Origin: an uncultured Erysipelotrichaceae bacterium
GTDB lineage: Bacteria > Bacillota_I > Bacilli_A > Erysipelotrichales > Erysipelotrichaceae
Length of the DNA stretch: 32,000 bases
Reading direction: 5' to 3'
Assembly: GCA_942493105.1 (NCBI GenBank)
Contig: OW818668.1
Location: 1,620,001-1,652,000, forward strand
Part shown: one piece after another, positions 1 to 8,543 of the stretch
Layout of the letters: each line of letters begins with the position of its first letter
Position numbering within the stretch: the first letter of the stretch is position 1
Made by a program: the position numbers and the translations under genes
Notes under the pieces: generated by a model
Seen by the model: the letters and a program-made list of their open reading frames with translations, nothing else
Database searches by the model: none
What the model was told of the DNA's origin: nothing

Positions 1-31
1 TTTTGTTTGTGCCGCCTTTGTTTCTTCCCAT
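1..31 (-). CDS. possible 5' end of an unidentified CDS running off the window (MGRNKGGTNK...)
   Basis: ATG at 31-29 on the minus strand with AAAGGAGA (37-44) 5 nt upstream. Only 10 codons are visible, so no family call is possible. Confidence 0.3.
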   Translation of the reverse strand, partial: MGRNKGGTNK

Positions 32-57
32 TCGTTTCTCCTTTCCTAAAGGATATG

Positions 58-106
58 AAAAAAGTAGACAGTGTTCAAATGTTTTTTATTTGATCTGTCT
101 ACTTTT
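58..106 (-). terminator. putative rho-independent terminator after rpsU (long-loop hairpin plus U-tract)
   Basis: Inverted repeat AAAAGTAGACAG (60-71) / CTGTCTACTTTT (95-106) with a 23-nt loop. On the minus strand it is followed by a T-run. The long loop lowers confidence. Confidence 0.45.
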
Positions 107-130
107 AATGTACAACTTCACAATGGCTTC

Positions 131-310
131 TTATTTTTTGCGGCTTGCTTTGCGAGCTGCTAGAGATTTGAGTTTGCGTTTGACACCCGGTTTAACATAG
201 TATTCTCTTTTGCGGGTTTCAGCTAAAGTACCGTTACGAGAGACACTTCGTTTAAAGCGGCGCAGAGCATCATCAAGATTCTCATTATCTTTTAAGACTA
301 TACGTGGCAT
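131..310 (-). CDS. rpsU: 30S ribosomal protein S21
   Basis: 59-codon ORF below the track cut-off. My translation is [59 protein letters not shown], which matches bacterial S21 end to end (compare B. subtilis ...[37 protein letters not shown]...). GGGAGGG SD lies 6 nt upstream. Confidence 0.93.
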   Translation of the reverse strand: MPRIVLKDNENLDDALRRFKRSVSRNGTLAETRKREYYVKPGVKRKLKSLAARKASRKK

Positions 311-338
311 TTACATCCCTCCCTTCGGCACGTTTACA

Positions 339-367
339 ATTATAACCAACTAATTTGATTAAATCAA
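339..367 (-). promoter_or_regulatory. sigma-A-type promoter for rpsU
   Basis: Minus strand reads TTGATT (367-362), 17-nt spacer, TATAAT (344-339). This sits about 28 nt upstream of the rpsU ATG, directly after the deoC stop. Confidence 0.6.
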
Positions 368-369
368 GT

Positions 370-1029
370 TTAATAGGATGTTTTCATCTCAGTTTGTGTC
401 ATTAATGCGACACCGCCTGATGTTCCAATACGATCAGCACCTGCAGCAATCATCGCATTGACGTCTTCTAAGGTCCTGACACCGCCTGCAGCTTTGACTA
501 AGGCTTTACCATTGACGGTTTCTTTCATCAGTTTAACATCAGCTACAGTCGCTCCTGCAGTAGAAAAACCTGTGGATGTTTTTACGAAATGTGCTTTGGC
601 TTTAACAGCCAACAAACAAGCTCTGATTTTTTCTTCGTCACTCAATAAACAAGTTTCAATGATGACTTTAACTGTTAATCCACCCGTAGCATTAACAACT
701 GCAGCAATATCTTCTTCGACAAGATCATCGTTTCCATCTTTAAGAGCACCGATATTGATGACCATATCAAACTCTTCGGCACCTTCAAATAATGCAAGGT
801 GAGCTTCGAAAGCTTTTGTTTCTGTCGTGGTTGAGCCTAATGGAAAGCCTATGGCCACACACACTTTAACTTTGGAACCTTTAAGAGCTTCTTTACAGGT
901 CTTGACCCATGTCGGCATAACACAGACAGAGGCAAATTCATACTGCTTGGCTTCTTCACACAACTTTAATATCTGGTCTTTCGTAGCGTTTTGTTTCAAT
1001 AAGGTATGATCGATATACGTGTTAATCAT
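370..1029 (-). CDS. deoC: deoxyribose-phosphate aldolase
   Basis: Full-length DeoC similarity (IDHTLLK..., FVKTSTGFS containing the Schiff-base Lys context). Start moved from 1047 to ATG 1029 ([11 protein letters not shown]), which has AAAGGAGA 6 nt upstream. It overlaps the murE stop by 8 nt. Confidence 0.92.
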   Translation of the reverse strand: MINTYIDHTLLKQNATKDQILKLCEEAKQYEFASVCVMPTWVKTCKEALKGSKVKVCVAIGFPLGSTTTETKAFEAHLALFEGAEEFDMVINIGALKDGNDDLVEEDIAAVVNATGGLTVKVIIETCLLSDEEKIRACLLAVKAKAHFVKTSTGFSTAGATVADVKLMKETVNGKALVKAAGGVRTLEDVNAMIAAGADRIGTSGGVALMTQTEMKTSY

Positions 1030-2482
1030 GATGTTTCTCCTTTTCATCGTTCATTTTGTCTAAAATCTCTTCACACACATTAATATCTCCTGTCCATGGT
1101 TCTTTTCCATTGGCACGTTGGATGAAATCTTCATGGCCTTTGCCTAAAATCAAGACGGTATCATTATTATTGGCTAATTCTAGTGCTTGTCTGATGGCAT
1201 CATATCGATCCAGAATGATCAGATATCTTGAATTCTTTATCCCAGCAGCAATTTGTTCAACGACATTTTGTACATTTTCAGTTCTAGGATCATCTTCAGT
1301 CAAAATGATATTTGTACAGTATTTTTCTGCCACAGCTCCCAATATAGGTCGTTTTTTTGTATCACGTAGACCTGTAGCACCAAATACGACAATGATTTTA
1401 TTCTCTTTATTGGTTACGATCTTCGCATAATCAAAGACTTTTTCAAAACCGTCTGGGGTATGCGCATAATCAACAATGACTCTAAATGGTTGACCTCGTT
1501 TGATCTGTTCCAAACGTCCTTTAACTTGCGGAAGATGTTTTACACATTCAATGATGATGGGTATTCTCATCCCATTAAGATGACACGTTGCGATCACTGC
1601 CAATAAATTGTGAACATTGAACATCCCTAATAAACTCGTATTGACTGGATATGTTTTATCTTGTACAACCAAATCAAATAAGGTACATTCATCTTTAAAC
1701 TGGACATTATTGGCTTTATAATCAGCTTCGTTGAAGATGGCATATGTTTTCTTCTTACATGTTAGTTCATCCTTTAATCTTAATCCATAAGGATCATCAA
1801 CGTTTAAAACTGCATAACCATCATTATTTAATAATCCAAAGATCTTTTTCTTTGATTGATAATAATTCTCCATGGTCCCATGATAATCAAGATGATCATG
1901 AGTCAAATTGGTAAAGATCGCTGTTTTTAATCGCAATGCATCGACTCGGTGTTGCTCTAATCCTTGACTAGAAATTTCAATTGCGACAGCTTTCATTTTA
2001 GCTTTAGCCATCTTAGCTAAGATTTCATTCAGTTGGATGACTTCAGGTGTGGTAAAATCTGGCTTTTCAAATACATCTCCGTATTCCAATCCTATGGTTC
2101 CAATATAACCACAACTTAAGTAATTAGAATAAACTGACTTAATGACTTTTGCGATCGTAGTTTTACCATTGGTACCAGTTACACCAAACAACTTCATTTT
2201 CTCTGAGGGATGATCAAAGAATATCGTAGAAGCTTTATTGAGCGCAGAATATACATCCTCGACTTTGATGTATTCAACAAATGGAATATAATTTGGCAGT
2301 TCATCACTATGTACGATAGCAACCGCTCCGTTTTCAACCGCTTGATTCACATGGCTATGACCATCATGTTTCATTCCTTTTAAACAGAAAAACAGAGAAT
2401 TGGCTTGAATTTTCCGAGAATCAGACATTAAAGAATCGATTTCGATGGGTTTGGTGTTTTTAAATAAGGTGTTTAGTTTCAT
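1022..2482 (-). CDS. murE: UDP-N-acetylmuramoyl-L-alanyl-D-glutamate--diamino acid ligase (MurE); position-3 amino acid specificity unclear
   Basis: Mur ligase architecture with P-loop [16 protein letters not shown] and a C-terminal domain. The specificity motif reads TEDDPRTE (DDPR rather than DNPR). ATGA overlap with the mtaB stop. Confidence 0.9.
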   Translation of the reverse strand: MKLNTLFKNTKPIEIDSLMSDSRKIQANSLFFCLKGMKHDGHSHVNQAVENGAVAIVHSDELPNYIPFVEYIKVEDVYSALNKASTIFFDHPSEKMKLFGVTGTNGKTTIAKVIKSVYSNYLSCGYIGTIGLEYGDVFEKPDFTTPEVIQLNEILAKMAKAKMKAVAIEISSQGLEQHRVDALRLKTAIFTNLTHDHLDYHGTMENYYQSKKKIFGLLNNDGYAVLNVDDPYGLRLKDELTCKKKTYAIFNEADYKANNVQFKDECTLFDLVVQDKTYPVNTSLLGMFNVHNLLAVIATCHLNGMRIPIIIECVKHLPQVKGRLEQIKRGQPFRVIVDYAHTPDGFEKVFDYAKIVTNKENKIIVVFGATGLRDTKKRPILGAVAEKYCTNIILTEDDPRTENVQNVVEQIAAGIKNSRYLIILDRYDAIRQALELANNNDTVLILGKGHEDFIQRANGKEPWTGDINVCEEILDKMNDEKEKHHD

Positions 2483-3750
2483 AATGGTTTCGCAAATAAG
2501 GTTTCCTCATCACAATGCGTGATGATACAATCTATTATAACATGTAGACCAATGGCCTTATCTTCAATACATATTGAATCATAGGCACTGCTATAACCAT
2601 GAACTCCTCTGTCATCACAAGATTCTGTCAATACTGAAACTTTGGTTCCTATAAGTGAGTTCAAACGCTCTCTTTGGAGTTGTTTAGATAAATCCGTCAA
2701 AACATGAACACGTTGTTTTTTTTCTTGATCAGATACAACCTGAGGATAATGTTCAGCCTTGGTCATTTTTCGAACTGAAAATGGAAAGACATGAAGAAAA
2801 CTGAAACCTAATGATTTTATGAACTGAACTGTATGATCAAATCTTTCTTGAGTTTCATTACTAAATCCTACAATCACATCCGTACTGATACTGATATCTG
2901 GAATTTCTTTTCTAATATGTTGGATTCGATCTCTAAATATTTCAATTGTATAAGGTCGATTCATAAGTTTCAAAACTTCATCATTGCCAGATTGTAGAGA
3001 AATATGTAAGTGATGAGCCATTCTAGGGTTATTTTTAATCAATTGGATCAAGCGATCATCGACTTCATTAATGTCAATTGATGATAATCTGATGCGCTGT
3101 ATATGAGTTTCATCAAGAATATGCTCAATCAAATCACTAAGGTTGCTTTGGAGCTCACTACCATATTTACCAGTATGAATACCTGCTAAAACAATCTCTA
3201 AATGTTCTTTTTCAAGCTGCTTGATCATTTTAATAACTTCATCTTGAGGTAATGAACGCTCTCTGCCGCGTGTATACGGAATGATGCAATAAGAACAAAA
3301 CTGATTACAACCATCTTGAATTTTAACAAATGCACGTGTTTTGTTTCTAAAAGAAGTAATCGGAATGTTCTCAAAACTTCGTGGTATAGAAGTTTCAAAT
3401 TGAGTTGGTTGATCTATATTTTCAATCAATTCGCCAAACTGATCTTTATTTTTACTGCCAATCAACAGATCGATATTATACTTTTCTTTAAGTTCATCAT
3501 GATTGCTTTGAACATAGCACCCCACAACAACCAATTTAGCTGTTGGATTCAATTTCTTTGCTTGATGTATTTTTTGTCTGCTTTTAAAACTGGCTTGATT
3601 GGTTACAGTGCAAGTATTCACAATGATAAGATCACTATCCTCAAAGAGTTCTACTTCTTGATATCCTTTTTTTACTAAGACCTCTGAATAATACTCTGAT
3701 TCATACGCATTGACCTTACACCCAAGCGTTACAATTGAAAAAGTTTTCAT
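2479..3750 (-). CDS. mtaB: tRNA t6A37 methylthiotransferase MtaB (radical SAM MTTase)
   Basis: N-terminal MTTase domain (VTLGCKVNAYESE, NTCTVT, VVGCY) and radical-SAM cluster CNQFCSYC. The 423-aa length and position next to rsmE match B. subtilis yqeV. Confidence 0.87.
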   Translation of the reverse strand: MKTFSIVTLGCKVNAYESEYYSEVLVKKGYQEVELFEDSDLIIVNTCTVTNQASFKSRQKIHQAKKLNPTAKLVVVGCYVQSNHDELKEKYNIDLLIGSKNKDQFGELIENIDQPTQFETSIPRSFENIPITSFRNKTRAFVKIQDGCNQFCSYCIIPYTRGRERSLPQDEVIKMIKQLEKEHLEIVLAGIHTGKYGSELQSNLSDLIEHILDETHIQRIRLSSIDINEVDDRLIQLIKNNPRMAHHLHISLQSGNDEVLKLMNRPYTIEIFRDRIQHIRKEIPDISISTDVIVGFSNETQERFDHTVQFIKSLGFSFLHVFPFSVRKMTKAEHYPQVVSDQEKKQRVHVLTDLSKQLQRERLNSLIGTKVSVLTESCDDRGVHGYSSAYDSICIEDKAIGLHVIIDCIITHCDEETLFAKPL

Positions 3751-4526
3751 TTGATTTTCTTTCTAAATTTTATCAATGAATTCCTGACTTTTATTGAGAT
3801 GAACTCTGAACTTAATAATTCATCCAACATTTCAATTTTATTATGTTTCGCATAATGATCCATGATTACTGTGATTCTCTGTTGATCTTCAGCGTGATAA
3901 ACATAGTCTTTTCTCAAGGGAAATTTCAAAAGAACAAAATCATTATCTTTTTCTTTCACAAGATACACTGTTTTTAAAGGATCATAATAAAACACAACCA
4001 ATTCTTTTCTTTTTTCAAGAACAATAATGTCTATAAATGCATAGGCAAAAGGACTGATCCCATAAGTTTGGGTAGGAATCATACGTTTCTTGAAGTTTTT
4101 ATAAAGATTGAAATACTGTTCAAGATCAAAAATATTCATTTCTTTATCATACAAAGTATTCAACAGTTGATCGAAGAAGGCAATCCAAATGGTCGTTCCC
4201 TTCTTGTCTATAAAATATCGACTTTTTTGTTTGGTTTCACTTAACTTCATGTTGATCAATTTGTTTTTTTCCTGATAACTTAAAGTTGGCCACAAATCTA
4301 TCAGTTCTTTTCGTTCTCGTTCATATGTTTCTTCAAATCTCTTTTTGTTTTTTAGTGATTCATACAAAATTGCTGCATTAAAAAAATCAAGTTCTGTTTT
4401 TATGTTCAGGGTTATATCTTGACTTTCTTTGGCTGACTTTTTATAAAAGCCAATCAAATATTTCGTAGCCTTATGTCTTTTCAACAATAAAGCATCGCTT
4501 TGGATGATCTTTTCTATTTTTTTCAT
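3747..4526 (-). CDS. hypothetical protein (259 aa), no recognisable domain
   Basis: Long ORF in the operon frame. The ATG at 4526 forms an ATGA overlap with the rsmE stop, and its own TGA forms an ATGA overlap with the mtaB start. It is K/E/F/Y-rich and soluble, with no TM segment, no Cys cluster and no nucleotide-binding motif that I can see. Confidence 0.7.
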   Translation of the reverse strand: MKKIEKIIQSDALLLKRHKATKYLIGFYKKSAKESQDITLNIKTELDFFNAAILYESLKNKKRFEETYERERKELIDLWPTLSYQEKNKLINMKLSETKQKSRYFIDKKGTTIWIAFFDQLLNTLYDKEMNIFDLEQYFNLYKNFKKRMIPTQTYGISPFAYAFIDIIVLEKRKELVVFYYDPLKTVYLVKEKDNDFVLLKFPLRKDYVYHAEDQQRITVIMDHYAKHNKIEMLDELLSSEFISIKVRNSLIKFRKKIK

Positions 4527-5230
4527 AGTCCCAAGACACAATCAATCGTATTTATAGCAACCATTGCAGCAGTTTCGGCCCGATAGATACGAGGTCCTAA
4601 ACTTACACGGTTAAAACCAAATGATTCTAAATTCGTGATTTCGTTCAAACTGATACCTCCTTCTGGTCCGATGATGATGGAAACACTGGCACACTGAATC
4701 AAAGCATTCTTTAACGTATGCGATGGATCATCTACTTCATACGCTATAAAATTTAAGTCACTTTTATAATTCTCTATGTCTTTTATTGAGATAGGTTGAG
4801 TCAACTCAGGGATATCTAAACGATGGCATTGTTCAGCTGCTTCTTTTAGGATTGTTTTATATCGTTGCAGCTTATTGGAATCTTGTTCCCATTTCACAAC
4901 ATTTCTTTCCATGATCAAGGGTACGATGCGATGAACACCCAATTCAGTGGCTTTCTGTAAGACAAGTTCAAACTTCTCTTTGCGGATCAAAGCTTGAATT
5001 AAAGTTACTTCTCTTAGTTTAGGTGCACAATTCACATGATGATCTACGATTGCAGTCAAGGTATCTTTTTCGATCAACACATGGGCAACAGCCATTACTT
5101 GAGTGTTAGATAATAAAATTTCTTCACCTGTGTGAAGTTTTATAACTTTAATGATTTGATGCTGGATTTCTTTATCAAAGGAAACCTTTGAATTGATCTG
5201 TAGTGATGCGTTAACAAAGAATTGATGCAT
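4523..5230 (-). CDS. rsmE: 16S rRNA (uracil1498-N3)-methyltransferase RsmE
   Basis: RsmE family features: MHQFFV N-terminus and a SPOUT C-terminal domain with IIGPEGGIS. The syntenic position matches B. subtilis yqeU. Confidence 0.87.
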   Translation of the reverse strand: MHQFFVNASLQINSKVSFDKEIQHQIIKVIKLHTGEEILLSNTQVMAVAHVLIEKDTLTAIVDHHVNCAPKLREVTLIQALIRKEKFELVLQKATELGVHRIVPLIMERNVVKWEQDSNKLQRYKTILKEAAEQCHRLDIPELTQPISIKDIENYKSDLNFIAYEVDDPSHTLKNALIQCASVSIIIGPEGGISLNEITNLESFGFNRVSLGPRIYRAETAAMVAINTIDCVLGL

Positions 5231-5958
5231 TACTCTGTCTTCCCTTCATTCGCTAATAGTCTTAGCTGTTTGACCTCATAAGGCTTCAGGATGCGATATT
5301 CTCCAACCTTGAGATCTTTTACTTCAATAAACCCAAAACGTGCTCTGTGGAGCCTTAAAACGGTCAATCCAAAGGATTCTACCATTCTTTTGATTTGTCT
5401 ATTCTTGCCTTCAAATAAAGTGATTGTAAAATCTGTTTCTTGTTTTAAAAGATCTTTGTGTGTAATAACGACCTTGGTTGGTAAAGTCATGACACCATCC
5501 AAATCAATGCCTTCTTCAAGGGCTTTAATATTCGGAAGCGACAAGATCCCATTGACTTTAACTTCATATAATTTTTTAAGATGATAACGCGGATGGGTTA
5601 GTTCATTGGAGAAGGTTCCATCATTGGTTAAAATCAATGCCCCAGTCGTATCATAATCAAGACGTCCTACTGGAAATATACGTTCGGTGGACTCAACTAA
5701 ATCAACAACAGTCGTTCTTCCACGATCATCCGTAACCGAACTCAATACTTTCTTAGGTTTATTGAGTAGAAAATAGACCTTGTTTTCACCTGCAAGTTTC
5801 TTACCTTCATAAGTGACTATACTGCCCTTTTTAACGATAAAACCCATTTCAGTTATCGTTTGTCCATCAACTTGGATCTTACCTGCCTTGATCAGATCTT
5901 CTGCCTTTCGACGCGAAGTAATTCCGGCTTTAGCAATGATTTTTTGTAGTCTTTCCAT
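5230..5958 (-). CDS. rluB: 23S rRNA pseudouridine synthase, RluB/RsuA family
   Basis: S4 domain (MERLQKIIAKAGITSRRKAEDLIKAGKIQVDG) plus catalytic GRLDYDTTGALILTNDG. Start trimmed from 6021 to ATG 5958, just after the scpB stop. Confidence 0.82.
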   Translation of the reverse strand: MERLQKIIAKAGITSRRKAEDLIKAGKIQVDGQTITEMGFIVKKGSIVTYEGKKLAGENKVYFLLNKPKKVLSSVTDDRGRTTVVDLVESTERIFPVGRLDYDTTGALILTNDGTFSNELTHPRYHLKKLYEVKVNGILSLPNIKALEEGIDLDGVMTLPTKVVITHKDLLKQETDFTITLFEGKNRQIKRMVESFGLTVLRLHRARFGFIEVKDLKVGEYRILKPYEVKQLRLLANEGKTE

Positions 5959-5959
5959 T

Positions 5960-6505
5960 TTATTCGAACAATTGACTTTCTTCAGATGTTTCTTCGTAAT
6001 TGGGCAAATGAGGCAATTCATCTAAACTCATCAGTTTAAATAAATCCAAGAACGACTCGGTAACACTATATAAGATGGGTTTACCTACAGACTCTGCTCT
6101 ACCGGTTTCAGTAATCAAATCCATCGCTGCTAACTTTTTAAGCATCAATTCACACCCAACTCCGCGAATTTCTTCAATTTCAATACGGGTGATCGGTTGT
6201 TTGTAGGCGATGATCGCTAAGGTTTCTAGTGCAGACTGAGAAAGAGATCTTGTCTTTGATAAAGTTAAAATACGTTCAATATAGGAACGGATATAGGGCT
6301 TTGTTATGAACTTATACTTATCGTTGAATACTACCAGTTCCATACCGCGATCATCATGTTTATAATGGTTGATCAGTTCATCCAAAAGGATTTTTACGAG
6401 ATCAGCGGGATAATCGATGGCAATCGACAGTTGTTCAAGCGTGATACCATCTTCACCAAAGACAAAGATGATGCCTTCTAGAATAGATTTATTCGGATTT
6501 TCCAT
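5960..6505 (-). CDS. scpB: segregation and condensation protein B
   Basis: ScpB-like sequence (ILEGIIFVFGEDGITLEQL..., tandem winged helix). It lies downstream of scpA and overlaps it by 17 nt. Confidence 0.9.
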   Translation of the reverse strand: MENPNKSILEGIIFVFGEDGITLEQLSIAIDYPADLVKILLDELINHYKHDDRGMELVVFNDKYKFITKPYIRSYIERILTLSKTRSLSQSALETLAIIAYKQPITRIEIEEIRGVGCELMLKKLAAMDLITETGRAESVGKPILYSVTESFLDLFKLMSLDELPHLPNYEETSEESQLFE

Positions 6506-7235
6506 ACTTTTCTCCCAATTTCAAGGTGATTTTTTGATCAGATACAGACTCAATGCTTAAGATGCCTTGTCTAACAAGTTCTAAAATCGCTAAGAAACTT
6601 ACAATGAACAAATTCAAAGACTCTACATCCTTGATGAATTCCTCAAAATCATAAGTCATTTGATCTACTGAAATCATATGTAACAACTGATCTATTCTGT
6701 CTTCTAAAGATATTTCACTTTTCGTAAACTGAACTTGTGAAGGGTGAGACAAATGGAAACGCGCAATACATTTTTCCATGGCTTTAATAAGCTCATAGAC
6801 ATCTGATTCGTAATAATGATACTGGTCATCGATTTCATTGAGAAACAAGCTATCTGATGGTTTATCCATTTGTTGTTGACGTTCCTCAAATCGTATTTGA
6901 AGTTTTTGAGTAATATCTTTAAACTTCTGATATTCAATCAAACGTCGTACCAACTCATCTTTGGTGTCTTTTTCATAATTAGCGACATCAAGACCAGGAT
7001 CGCTGACCGGCAAGCACTTTTTAGACTTATATTCAATCAACGTTGCTAATTCTACCAGATATTCACTGGCAATTTCAAGTTGAGTTGTTTCAAGACTGTG
7101 GATGAAACTTATATATTGATCGATCAAAACATCGACTTCCAAGTTAAAAAGATCAAGTTTTCTTTCCTTAATCAGATGCAACATTAAATCTAAAGGACCT
7201 TCAAACTGATCCAGATCGACTTGGAAACGAACCAT
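6489..7235 (-). CDS. scpA: segregation and condensation protein A (kleisin)
   Basis: ScpA N-terminal signature FEGPLDLMLHLIKERKLDL. Length of 248 aa and pairing with scpB fit. Confidence 0.9.
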   Translation of the reverse strand: MVRFQVDLDQFEGPLDLMLHLIKERKLDLFNLEVDVLIDQYISFIHSLETTQLEIASEYLVELATLIEYKSKKCLPVSDPGLDVANYEKDTKDELVRRLIEYQKFKDITQKLQIRFEERQQQMDKPSDSLFLNEIDDQYHYYESDVYELIKAMEKCIARFHLSHPSQVQFTKSEISLEDRIDQLLHMISVDQMTYDFEEFIKDVESLNLFIVSFLAILELVRQGILSIESVSDQKITLKLGEKYGKSE

Positions 7236-7243
7236 TCCCTAAC

Positions 7244-8542
7244 CTATAAACGATCAAAGATCAAAGGTACCTTATCGATCGGATGGTCGCTTAATATAAA
7301 TGTTCCTTTAAACTCAGAAATCCATTCATGGGTCAATTCAGTATCGTGATGTATAATCCCTAAAGTATCTCCAACATTAACAAAATCTCCGGTTTTCTTA
7401 TTCAATACAAATCCGACTGCCGGATTAACAATATCTTCTTTGGTGGCTCTACCTGCTCCTAAAACCATGGCTAAATGACCAAGTTGCGTTGTGTGCATGG
7501 ATGAGATGAATCCTTTACGATCAGACTTGATCTCTGTATGATAAATAGACTGCGGTAATAAGTCTGGATTGTGGATTTGATCAGGATCTCCGCCTTGTGC
7601 TTTGACCATTTCAACAAATTTTTCAATGGCTTTGCCGTTATGAAGTTGTTGGATCAAAGCAGCTTCAGCAAGATCTAAATCATCAAATATCTTAGCTTGA
7701 ATCAGCATGACAGCCCCTGCTTTGACACACAATTCTGTTAAGTCAGCCGGACCTTTTCCATTTAAAGTTTCAATGGCTTCTTTTACTTCTAAAGCATTCC
7801 CAACCGCATAACCTAAAGGCAAATTCATATCAGTGATCAAAGCTCTGACATCTCGCTTCATCATAATACCGATATCGATCATGGCTTTGGTCAATATCAA
7901 TGCTTGTTGAGGGGTATCCATAAAGGCACCATCGCCATATTTGACATCCAATAAAATCGCATCAGCTCCTGAAGCTAGTTTCTTAGACATTACTGATGAG
8001 GCAATCAAAGGAATGGAAGGTACAGATCCTGTAACATCACGTAAAGCATATAATTTTTTATCCGCAGGAACCAGATTTCCACTTTGACCAACAATCGCAA
8101 CACCAATCTCATCGACTTGTTTTATAAATGCTTCTTTAGAGATACCGACATTGTAGCCTTTGATGGATTCAAGTTTATCAACCGTTCCGCCAGTATGGCC
8201 TAGTCCTCTTCCGCTCATTTTAGCAACTTTAGCGCCTAATGAAGCAACAAGTGGTCCCAATACTAAAGAGGTCTTATCACCTACTCCACCAGTACTGTGC
8301 TTATCAACTTTTATTCCTTTGATGGCAGATAAATCAAGAATGTCTCCACTATTCATCATCGCTAAAGTCAGTGACGTCGTTTCAGCAGCATTCATACCTT
8401 TAAACATGATGGCCATCAATAATGCAGAAACCTGATAATCTGGTATGGTCCCTGCTACAAACCCATCGATCCAAAACTTGATATCATCCTCACTTAACTC
8501 AAATCCTTCTCTTTTCTTTTCAATTAGATCTAGAAATCTCAT
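7244..8542 (-). CDS. pdp: pyrimidine-nucleoside (thymidine) phosphorylase
   Basis: Full-length similarity to Pdp/DeoA, including KHSTGGVGDKTS and SGRGLGHTGGT motifs. 432 aa. Confidence 0.92.
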   Translation of the reverse strand: MRFLDLIEKKREGFELSEDDIKFWIDGFVAGTIPDYQVSALLMAIMFKGMNAAETTSLTLAMMNSGDILDLSAIKGIKVDKHSTGGVGDKTSLVLGPLVASLGAKVAKMSGRGLGHTGGTVDKLESIKGYNVGISKEAFIKQVDEIGVAIVGQSGNLVPADKKLYALRDVTGSVPSIPLIASSVMSKKLASGADAILLDVKYGDGAFMDTPQQALILTKAMIDIGIMMKRDVRALITDMNLPLGYAVGNALEVKEAIETLNGKGPADLTELCVKAGAVMLIQAKIFDDLDLAEAALIQQLHNGKAIEKFVEMVKAQGGDPDQIHNPDLLPQSIYHTEIKSDRKGFISSMHTTQLGHLAMVLGAGRATKEDIVNPAVGFVLNKKTGDFVNVGDTLGIIHHDTELTHEWISEFKGTFILSDHPIDKVPLIFDRL

Positions 8543-8543
8543 G

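Noticed and set aside
3-200. 65-aa + strand ORF from the track
   Set aside because: It is antisense to a clear rpsU gene and its terminator. It has no SD, and its product is hydrophobic, low-complexity and not protein-like.
458-1430. Antisense track ORFs inside deoC and murE (458-802, 827-1009, 1056-1430). The track also lists similar antisense or nested ORFs inside larger genes at 3316-3678, 5291-5584, 5813-6025, 6704-6937, 8160-8435, 9811-10020, 11238-11444, 12257-12463, 12778-13047, 14789-15013, 16170-16472, 16225-16410, 16839-17204, 17849-18109, 19315-19515, 19629-19859, 20057-20308, 21682-22171, 22190-22411, 22655-22849, 23082-23616, 25431-25631, 27255-27554, 28737-29178 and 30269-30472
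   Set aside because: Each lies wholly within, or antisense to, a gene with strong family-level identity. None has a credible SD, and their translations are low-complexity (S/L/F/I-rich). They are expected by chance in AT-rich DNA opposite long genes.
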